Of a stretch of 64,000 nt of DNA, positions 60,401-64,000 are shown in pieces. This stretch comes from Octopus sinensis. Lineage: Eukaryota. The notes under the pieces were generated by a model. It searched no databases and was not told the DNA's origin. It saw only the letters and a program-made list of their open reading frames with translations. Every line of letters starts with the position of its first letter. Within the stretch, counting starts at the first letter, position 1. Both the position numbers and the translations under genes were made by a program. The stretch spans positions 124,868,001-124,932,000 of the forward strand of contig NC_042999.1 in NCBI RefSeq assembly GCF_006345805.1, written 5' to 3'.

Positions 60401-62348
60401 TAATGACATGTAAATGTTGTTTCACCTCATTAGTGTGGGTTGGATAAGTCTGTTGTATGATATAGGTCCACTTGTCTTAACTTTTAATCACCTTATAATT
60501 AACTCAGTCACCTATGTATTTTGAACCAATGAGGGAGCTCACTGTTTCAGTGTAGTCTGTTAGAAATAGCAGCAAAATATTCCTCAAATACCACTCTATT
60601 GTCTTGAAATTGTAAGAATACAATATGTAGTCCTAGATATAGTGCTGAAAATAAGATAGGATCATCACAGCCAAAATACTTTTCAACAAAGATCTGTATC
60701 GGGTCCAACTAAATATTTCGTTATAAAATTAACTGGCCAAAAATAGATTATTTCAAGAATAAGGTATTAAACCTTTGAATTCTTAGTCTATAAGTTTATT
60801 ACTGCTGTTTTGCATGTCATTTAGCAAAATACTAAATACTATTACACAAACTACAAGTAACTGTGAATAAATAAATAAATAAAGATATATATTAGTAGTA
60901 GTGGTGAAAAACTGCATGAAGTCTTATATCAAAGTAGCTCTATTTCCAAGACCATTTGTAAAATATTCATGTAAAACATTGATTTTATTGCACAATAACA
61001 AGTCAGTTGCTTCTCTTGAAGTGTTCATATCTGGAAGTTTTGTCCATCGGTCAGAACATGTATGGAAGGAGCCACCTTACACCAACAGTCTGTGGGCCAT
61101 TATTGTTATTACAATGTACGTATTTTTTCTAATCTCTTTTAAGTTAATGATTCACTTCATAATCCACTTCATAAAATATTGTCAAAGTTTCATAGTTTTT
61201 TATTTTTGTTTTACATTTTAATAGTTATATTAGAATGAACACTATTACATTTTGTTTGTTAAGCTATTTGTATTTGGATGCCCAATCTATCATCAACCTC
61301 TTTTCTATGAAACACTATAGAACATATTTTGACTGAAGTAAATACTGTCTCTTGCCTAACAATGTGAAAATTATTTTGTACATTTAAGAAAATGTTTAAC
61401 TCTAGCTTTTAAACCGGCTATATCCAGCCCAAATAGTCTACCTGTTTTATGTTAAAACTGGCCAAATCCAGCACTTCACACCTACCTTATAATGTTATTC
61501 TAAAAATAAACAATCACATCTTCAAATTCTCTAAGTTTACAAGATAATACATGACTTATTTTAAAATATGTGAGTAAATAAGCAATGCATGTGACAGAGT
61601 TATCTGAATGCTAATTGAGATTTGACTCGTAAGTTGATTCATCATACATTTTCTTCTATACAGCTTTCAGAAAATGATTTTATATTTGCATTATTTTCAA
61701 ATTTGATTATATTGTAAAATAAGAAATATTAAGAAAAAAAATTACTGCTCAGTTTTGAAAGTTTTATGAAATTTGATCAGTTTACCAAAAAGATGTGAGA
61801 AAAATATTTTTTCTTTTTTCCATCTAAATATATTAACTATTTCATTTCATAAGATTAGAAAACTGATTTATTTATTTCCTCTTGTCTTTTTATGTCCCTG
61901 TGCAAATCTATGCAGGTTTTCAAATTTTACATTTGCAAAAATTTAATAAATTTTTAAAGCTAATGCTAAAATTAGAAACATTATTGAATGGTTGAAATGA
62001 CCTTGCTGTGTGCCGTAAACACCCTTTTATATCCTAGTCTCATCAGACTGGACTTTTATTCATCTAGGGTCAATAAAACAAATACCTGCCATATATTGAG
62101 GTCAGCTCTATTCATTATACTCTTCCTGTTGAAATCTATGACCTTGTTCTAAGATGAGAATTTTATATTTTCTATTTTGTTTTTAGCTTGGCTTTTCAGG
62201 TGACATTCTTTCTTTGTGACATTGCAATATATGAAGGATTCAGTAGAGCGTGGCTGTCCTATGTCCATCCGGCCATCTGGGTGATCTTGCTTATATGGCC
62301 TATTGTCACTCTAGCATTCAGTGAATTGGTAAAGCATTATGAAATAAA
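2759..62348 (+). CDS. TMEM94: Transmembrane protein 94 (KIAA0195/ERMA), P-type ATPase-like; 27 coding exons, 3'-incomplete
   Basis: Hand-spliced exons give an uninterrupted 1397-codon ORF with consistent intron phases. Blocks match recalled human TMEM94: GFTTKHAL, YRDGVLVDLP..GDVILLRPG, LGSVT|TLCCVDKKGILSWPNPS, FDDPTW..SLKPL|GLN, LCELARQIGF, QGTADLILDCCTDFWNG, KKVLDFY, QIFMGMV..QYQAR, EKMGLEAGWNCHISL, LPRGI..RPHLE.VDNVPLLV.LFTDCTPE, MIKIMQEYGEV, ELVKHYEIK. Not a database search. Confidence 0.95.
4456..4687 (-). mobile_element. Young tRNA-derived SINE, family A (GCCTTTCATCC...AGTACCAG central domain)
   Basis: Minus strand has an A-box-like TGGCAGAAACG and a B-box GAGTTCAAATTCC; CpG-rich; more than 20 related copies in the window. 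Confidence 0.85.
4835..5215 (+). mobile_element. Two older family A SINE copies in tandem
   Basis: Each has TTCAAAT...CTT(A/T)GCCTTT and the downstream domain; boundaries approximate. Confidence 0.7.
6071..6308. mobile_element. piggyBac-type MITE, family P3
   Basis: TTAA|CCCTT...GAGGG|TTAA; reverse-orientation relative at 58133-58354. Confidence 0.8.
6485..6706. mobile_element. hAT-Charlie-type MITE
   Basis: TIRs CTGTGTTTCTCAAC / GTTGAGAACCACTG; TSD ACCTAGCA / ACTTAGCA (7/8). Confidence 0.82.
8757..8844. repeat. Interrupted (TG)n microsatellite
   Basis: Direct reading. Confidence 0.95.
9441..9647. mobile_element. piggyBac-type MITE, family P1
   Basis: TTTAGCATTTAAACC...GAATACTAAAAGG|TTAA; same family as 24419-24630. 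Confidence 0.75.
9715..9862 (+). mobile_element. RTE-tail repeat (SINE or LINE 3' end) with (GAT)n tail
   Basis: TTAGGAAGGGCATCCAGCTGTAGAAAC...ACGGACGTTAAACGATGATG. Related copies at about 8170, 11040, 33960(-), 40820, 45555(-), 49475, 54270. Confidence 0.85.
10748..10930. mobile_element. piggyBac-type MITE, family P2
   Basis: TTAA|CCCTT...AAGGG|TTAA; reversed relative near 41045-41230. Confidence 0.78.
11763..11797. repeat. (AC)n microsatellite
   Basis: Direct reading. Confidence 0.95.
12640..13045 (+). mobile_element. tRNA-derived CORE-like SINE with RTE-type tail
   Basis: GTTCAATCCCAC...GCACCTTGTGCAAGTGTATTCTACTATA (MIR-core-like), TG tract, then CAACAGGAAGGACATCCAG...GTTAAAATGATG. Confidence 0.7.
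13043..13165. repeat. Degenerate (TG)n/(TA)n microsatellite
   Basis: Direct reading. Confidence 0.9.
14215..14560 (-). mobile_element. Mariner transposase C-terminal relic
   Basis: Minus-strand LYLPDLLPCYFTMFP (cf. PYSPDLAPCDF.LFP) and DYFKGDN (cf. YFEGD), frameshifted. Confidence 0.65.
15953..16165. mobile_element. Mariner-type MITE
   Basis: Imperfect TIRs of about 28 bp (GAAGAGCTGCTGAAAAGTTCCTGGCTTT / AAAGCCAGAAACTTTTCTGCACAACTCTT); TA at the left end. Confidence 0.75.
17170..17512 (+). mobile_element. tRNA-derived SINE with CTTGAGCAAGACACTTTATTTCAC core
   Basis: B-box GAGTTCAATTCC followed by a CORE/V-like domain; relative at about 32460-32600. Confidence 0.72.
17915..18120. mobile_element. 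piggyBac-type MITE, family P1
   Basis: TTAA|CCCTTTAGCATTTAAACC...GAATGCTAAA. Confidence 0.8.
18190..18320 (-). mobile_element. Decayed RTE (BovB-like) ORF C-terminus
   Basis: Minus-strand RRWNDDIKNWMGRSLAK resembles the RTE GRPRRRW.DDIK.W.G.SL motif. Confidence 0.5.
18485..18642 (+). CDS. TMEM94: TMEM94 coding exon 2
   Basis: ATCAG| acceptor; (D)RDKPVYQSRWWLVEAILIILSLIFNGYLVCWNQ...LFKIR; donor GTAAGC; phase 2 to 1. Confidence 0.88.
19720..19910 (+). mobile_element. Decayed Penelope-like element terminal fragment
   Basis: CCTGAAAAAAGCTG-N10-CAGCCAAAAC...AAGATGAGGACA, a decayed form of the CTGAAGA-stem-GAAAC signature; family assignment from memory. Confidence 0.45.
20014..20207 (+). CDS. 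TMEM94: TMEM94 coding exon 3
   Basis: TTTTTAG| acceptor; (E)NLVDGIWD...QWTYRDGVLVDLPIILMVKGDVILLRPG...ELK; donor GTAAAA; phase 1 to 0. Confidence 0.92.
21493..22530 (-). mobile_element. Degenerate mariner (Tc1/mariner) element
   Basis: Minus-strand motifs QWVPHKLS (about 22225), VTGDEKWVLY (22105-22135), VFFHQDNAWPHTA (21841-21880), PPYSADIASSDYHLFCSLQNHLDG (ORF 21612-21803); one TIR-like end at 21493. Confidence 0.9.
22601..22810. mobile_element. piggyBac-type MITE, family C
   Basis: Perfect 11-bp TIR CCTTTTGCCTG / CAGGCAAAAGG, flanked by TTAA on both sides. Confidence 0.88.
22888..23048 (+). CDS. TMEM94: TMEM94 coding exon 4
   Basis: TTGTTAG|; IDDSGEEGAILFEGDCYTP...FTVLKTPFVENF(R); donor GTAATA; phase 0 to 2. 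Confidence 0.88.
24205..24310 (+). CDS. TMEM94: TMEM94 coding exon 5
   Basis: GACAG|; (R)ILLDKTRRHPASIIDSMRYRIYNVILERTVLPVLL; donor GTAAAG; phase 2 to 0. Confidence 0.88.
24419..24630. mobile_element. piggyBac-type MITE, family P1
   Basis: TTAA|CCCTTTAGCA...TGCTAAAGGG|TTAA, both TSDs intact. Further copies at about 20297, 31675, 33519, 41370, 53710, 61403. Confidence 0.88.
25234..25320 (+). CDS. TMEM94: TMEM94 coding exon 6
   Basis: TTTCAG|; FGVLIANVFRYIYIKGFMGHWTEMFLVLP; donor GTAAGT; phase 0 to 0. Confidence 0.9.
26140..26480 (-). mobile_element. CORE-like SINE (possibly the octopus OR2-like family)
   Basis: Minus strand: GATTCAGTCCCACTGTGTGGCACCGTGGGCAAG...CCAAAGCCTTGTGAGTGGATTTGGTAGAGGGAAACTGAAAAG. 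Relatives at about 7720, 30390, 30940, 42520, 48630, 54780. Confidence 0.78.
26510..27595 (-). mobile_element. Second degenerate mariner element (different family)
   Basis: Minus-strand KKLGAWVPYTL, VTSNEK (TGDEK), TKPGLHP, QNDNICSHIA, KLKTWLDEFF; TIR-like end ...ACAACCCAA|TA at 27593. Confidence 0.8.
27733..27846 (+). CDS. TMEM94: TMEM94 coding exon 7
   Basis: TTCCCAG|; VHTVLPLVPMVFPLFWKLINFYGQARLFVAYEVSKEIK; donor GTGAGT; phase 0 to 0. Confidence 0.92.
29210..29710. repeat. Interspersed repeat of about 500 bp, class not determined
   Basis: Higher-complexity, non-coding block unlike its flanks; recalled as a common octopus repeat; single copy in this window. Confidence 0.4.
30074..30244 (+). 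CDS. TMEM94: TMEM94 coding exon 8
   Basis: poly-T ACAG|; PSVSEESFDSD...NINLMHILGSVT; donor GTGAGT; phase 0 to 0. Confidence 0.92.
32169..32394 (+). CDS. TMEM94: TMEM94 coding exon 9 (contains DKKGILS, the DKTGT-equivalent motif)
   Basis: TTTTCAG|; TLCCVDKKGILSWPNPSAEKVFFFS...EPIH; donor GTCAGT; phase 0 to 1. Confidence 0.93.
33519..33737. mobile_element. piggyBac-type MITE, family P1
   Basis: CCCTCTAGCATT...AATGCTAAAGGG|TTAA; ends about 50 nt upstream of exon 10. Confidence 0.85.
33787..33839 (+). CDS. TMEM94: TMEM94 coding exon 10 (53 nt)
   Basis: TTTTTCAG|; (V)PKTSCHVEVLDLTHDSK; donor GTAAAT. Needed to bridge phase 1 to 0; resembles human CDYHLEMLSLSQD. Confidence 0.88.
34492..34557 (+). 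CDS. TMEM94: TMEM94 coding exon 11
   Basis: TTTCAG|; NSFGLHFDDPTWKNHISSLKPL; donor GTAAGC; phase 0 to 0. Confidence 0.92.
35227..35322 (+). pseudogene. Duplicated pseudo-exon: copy of the exon 13 acceptor plus 87 nt of exon 13
   Basis: 35227-35322 equals 37610-37705 except one substitution (A35294 vs T37677); lacks the exon 13 donor. Confidence 0.9.
35850..35971 (+). CDS. TMEM94: TMEM94 coding exon 12
   Basis: TTATTAG|; GLNILANTCNTSIATWYSQFTDHVA...VAVLNR; donor GTATGT; phase 0 to 2. Confidence 0.92.
36470..37022 (+). mobile_element. Young RTE-tail repeat with internal tandem duplications
   Basis: About 61-bp unit present 4 times; 178-bp block duplicated (36472-36649 vs 36776-36953, 2 mismatches); (GAT)n tail; flanked by (TA)n on both sides. 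Confidence 0.88.
37619..37712 (+). CDS. TMEM94: TMEM94 coding exon 13
   Basis: TTTTAATAG|; (R)CLCELARQIGFSNNALDIFSKKQIIGVYRQV; donor GTGAGT at 37713 (alternative GT at 37710); phase 2 to 0. Confidence 0.92.
38532..38640 (+). CDS. TMEM94: TMEM94 coding exon 14
   Basis: TTTTCAG|; LEERAAKERLQRARSNVHHKIPMPNMVSIVVKEKNS; donor GTAATT; phase 0 to 1. Confidence 0.9.
39412..39445. repeat. (CA)n microsatellite
   Basis: Direct reading. Confidence 0.95.
39586..39688 (+). CDS. TMEM94: TMEM94 coding exon 15 (GC donor)
   Basis: TTTAATAG|; (G)MFQLLCQGTADLILDCCTDFWNGKDLCTLTDSD; donor GCAAGT at 39689; phase 1 to 2. Confidence 0.92.
41956..42120 (+). CDS. TMEM94: TMEM94 coding exon 16
   Basis: CTCCACAG|; (R)KKVLDFYHRTSIASYCTAFSYRPL...NPSS; donor GTATGA; phase 2 to 2. 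Confidence 0.93.
42878..43058 (+). CDS. TMEM94: TMEM94 coding exon 17
   Basis: TTTACAG|; (R)RNECLKLD...CSQIFMGMVAMQYQARM; donor GTAAGT; phase 2 to 0. Confidence 0.93.
43787..45263. mobile_element. piggyBac-type family C MITE split by a 1246-bp Helitron insertion
   Basis: 43787-43943 and 45190-45263 rejoin to a copy colinear with 22601-22810; right end AAAGGG|TTAA. Confidence 0.8.
43944..45189 (+). mobile_element. Composite non-autonomous Helitron
   Basis: Begins TC after A, ends CTAG before T, no TSD; 3' hairpin CCCGAGCAACGCCGGG (45162-45177); a second TC-start (TCTTTATATAAGAG) at 44795. Confidence 0.8.
45872..45955 (+). CDS. TMEM94: TMEM94 coding exon 18
   Basis: TTTTCCAG|; EFVQMIDKLETAFIRFVHFSNENELRSR; donor GTATGT; phase 0 to 0. 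Confidence 0.93.
45985..46910 (-). mobile_element. Cluster of four family A SINE copies plus one head fragment, all on the minus strand
   Basis: Repeated GGTACT(T)A...GATGAA...TTTGAACTC pattern at about 45985, 46190, 46375 and 46690. Confidence 0.8.
46932..47128. mobile_element. hAT-Charlie-type MITE
   Basis: TIRs CAGTGCTTTTCAA / TTGAAAACCTCTG; perfect 8-bp TSD CCATATAA (46924-46931, 47129-47136). Confidence 0.9.
47962..48534 (+). CDS. TMEM94: TMEM94 coding exon 19 (573 nt, GC donor)
   Basis: ATTTCAG|; VFSEKMGLEAGWNCHISL...PGVLDNR; donor GCAAGT at 48535; phase 0 to 0. Confidence 0.92.
51496..51595 (+). CDS. TMEM94: TMEM94 coding exon 20
   Basis: TTCCAG|; AQLPRGIENIRPHLEKVDNVPLLVNLFTDCTPE; donor GTTAGT; phase 0 to 1. 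Confidence 0.95.
51706..53204. mobile_element. Tc2/pogo-like DNA transposon remnant (about 1.5 kb)
   Basis: TA|CTGTAAAAACTCATGTAACTT ... AAATTATATGGGTTTTTTTACGG|TA imperfect TIRs with TA flanks; TGTAATTTACAC-like subterminal repeats; no intact ORF. Confidence 0.6.
53478..53586 (+). CDS. TMEM94: TMEM94 coding exon 21
   Basis: TTATCAG|; (T)TKEMIKIMQEYGEVVLCVGSSLNVKNTGIFLQADC; donor GTAAGT; phase 1 to 2. Confidence 0.95.
54903..55395. repeat. Foldback repeat: one left arm and two inverted right arms
   Basis: CTTTGTTTCTTCATAACTTTCAGAAAAT...ATGAAATTTTCTGCAAA is inverted at about 55150-55232 and about 55300-55395. Confidence 0.72.
56131..56308 (+). CDS. TMEM94: TMEM94 coding exon 22
   Basis: ATTCCAG|; (G)LAIEPLYPQLC...ISLIQLIAE; donor GTAGGA; phase 2 to 0. 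Confidence 0.92.
56417..56662 (+). CDS. TMEM94: TMEM94 coding exon 23
   Basis: CTCCTAAAG|; ARNHVLSMGNCFQFMLCCHL...PLLSLGLMG...ATAKNCDHINKQ; donor GTAAGT; follows a 108-nt intron; phase 0 to 0. Confidence 0.93.
57063..57452 (-). mobile_element. Possible decayed CR1/L2-type LINE 5' ORF fragment
   Basis: 129-aa minus-strand ORF with PPNSFTVYY, weakly like CR1 endonuclease N-termini; no catalytic motifs seen. Confidence 0.3.
57964..58106 (+). CDS. TMEM94: TMEM94 coding exon 24
   Basis: TTTGTAG|; MLLHFMLSFIFRFVPPVTVALISFALILYFICDRVEGICYPFDLNPE; donor GTAAGT; phase 0 to 2. Confidence 0.88.
58133..58354. mobile_element. piggyBac-type MITE, family P3
   Basis: TTAA|CCCTTT...AAAGGG|TTAA; starts 27 nt after exon 24. 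Confidence 0.82.
59091..59362. mobile_element. TA-bounded MITE with 62-bp TIRs
   Basis: 59091-59152 vs reverse complement of 59301-59362: 55/62 identical. Confidence 0.85.
59558..59649 (+). CDS. TMEM94: TMEM94 coding exon 25
   Basis: TTCTCAG|; (D)KAIWSTWYEENSAGFTAAQNIVLIQLVLYF; donor GTAAGT; phase 2 to 1. Confidence 0.9.
61022..61115 (+). CDS. TMEM94: TMEM94 coding exon 26
   Basis: TCTTGAAG|; (V)FISGSFVHRSEHVWKEPPYTNSLWAIIVIT; donor GTACGT; phase 1 to 2. Confidence 0.9.
62187..62348 (+). CDS. TMEM94: TMEM94 coding exon 27 (penultimate; the terminal exon was not found in the window)
   Basis: TTTTTAG|; (I)LAFQVTFFLCD...HPAIWVILLIWPIVTLAFSELVKHYEI; donor GTGAGT; phase 2 to 2. Confidence 0.92.
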
Positions 62349-64000
62349 GTGAGTATATTTCTGATTCTTAACGATTCTAATATCTTCTTGCTTTAATACC
62401 TTATTTTCTGGCATACAAGACGATGTAGCATATTGTGTAAACATGTAGTATAAACATTCAAACATCATCTTTCCAAATCCTGCTGCTTTTCACATAGAAT
62501 TTTTGGTCCTCCAAAGTTGACCAACCACTTTTCTATTTTCTCTTTTGTCTGAAAATTTCGACTTGCATGCCAGAAAATACATTAACATAACTGTCTTAAT
62601 TTGTCATGAAACATTTTTGCAAGTCAAATACTGATCCTTGGTTAGGACTGTGAGTTGTACTTTTTAGATTCTGTATACCCTTACTTGCTGGAGTTGATTT
62701 TATTTTGTTCCTCAGAAGTGATAAAATAAGTACCTGTCATATTTTGAGGTCAATTCAATCACCAAAATATTCCCCCGCAAACTTCTGTGGTCATATTCCA
62801 ACATGTATCTTGAAATCTTTTATTTATTTATTTATTATTTAACACAATTTGTAATCTATATTGCAATATATTACTAATACTTAATATTTTTGACCTTCAC
62901 AGCTTAAAATCAGGAGGCAGTGAATGAGAAGAAACCTGCAAAATTTAGTTCCTCTCTTTCTCTCTTTATAATCATTGTATGATGATAATTGGTACGTGAC
63001 ATCTAGGAGTAGTATAGATAATTGGATTGACACCAGATCTATAATTTTGTGGAAAGGCACAGTTTGATTAAATCAGTCCCAGTATTTGGCTAGCATTGAT
63101 TTTATTGACTCATGCAAAATCAAAACAAAAGCTAGCCATGAAAGTATTTGTTGTTGTTTAGGCCTTGTCAGCCTTTGCCAAGCAGATCTGATACATCAAA
63201 CGTTGATCATCCCATCATTATTTTTTTATCATCAGAAAAAGTGTAACTTGGACTAAATTATCTGATATGCCCTTTTTTTAGGATAGTAAGGTGTGATTTG
63301 AAAGAGATTTGATTCTATTTCTGACACATTGGGTGATTGCATAGAAGCTCCTTTATAAGTTTGTACTGAGAAAGTAAAAGGGACCCAACTAAGTACAAGT
63401 TTTCTCTGACCCTCTACCAATTCTACCAGTTGCCAAATAATTATTTAAAAAGTTTTTTTATTTTTTTGTTCAGATTAACACAGTCCTAATTATAAATATG
63501 ATGGCATAGTTGATTGGATAGATTCCTCTATCACTGATGCTTTGCTTTTCATTCTTCCCATAAATCAGTACCAATGAGGTTTGAACTTAAAACAAAAAGC
63601 TATCACTATTCTACTGATCTACTAATTCTACTGATCTACAATAAACAATAATAGTTTCTAATTTAGACACAAAGCCAACTATTTTGAGGGACAAGAGATA
63701 AATTAAATTAACTCCAGTATAGTAATGGTAAAGTTGATTTTGGCATGATTTGAATTCAAAATGTAAAAAGCACAAGACATTTTGTCTGATAATCTAATAA
63801 TTCTGCCAATACATTGTCCTGGATTCTTATGTAAGAATAATGATACAATTCTCTCTGTTCACCTTAATTTTAGAATATAAAATTTGGTAATAATTATATT
63901 TTTGAATAACATTGAATCTTTTCTGATGTATATAAACTCAAAATATAGCTCTTTGTAAAGTATTTTTTTTTTAAATTCATGTGAATTGTCTTTAACATTT

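Noticed and set aside
62349-64000. Terminal TMEM94 exon (expected ...TKLGMNSPF-like)
   Set aside because: No matching acceptor plus peptide found by eye; presumably lies downstream of the window.

Overview
AT-rich, microsatellite- and retroposon-dense eukaryotic genomic DNA. The repeat families point to a cephalopod, most likely Octopus; this is inferred from remembered repeat families, not from a search. The window is almost entirely one + strand gene, an orthologue of TMEM94 (KIAA0195/ERMA), a P-type-ATPase-like membrane protein. I reconstructed 27 coding exons by hand from ATG 2759 to 62348 (4193 nt = 1397 codons + 2 nt). Every junction is phase-consistent and the translation follows the human TMEM94 sequence as I recall it. 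The 5'UTR exon(s) and the last short coding exon were not found in the window. Two introns use GC donors. The introns hold tRNA-derived SINEs, RTE-LINE 3' ends, TTAA-flanked piggyBac-type MITEs, hAT MITEs with 8-bp TSDs, three mariner relics, a Tc2/pogo-like element and Helitron sequence. The most unusual observations are: a 96-bp near-perfect out-of-order copy of exon 13 with its acceptor; a chimeric Helitron (5' end of one family, 3' end of another, carrying a piggyBac-like left end) inserted cleanly into a MITE; an overlapping uORF at the start codon; inverted SINEs tightly flanking exons 22-23; and non-canonical P-type ATPase motifs. No prokaryotic features (CRISPR, rRNA, operons) are present.
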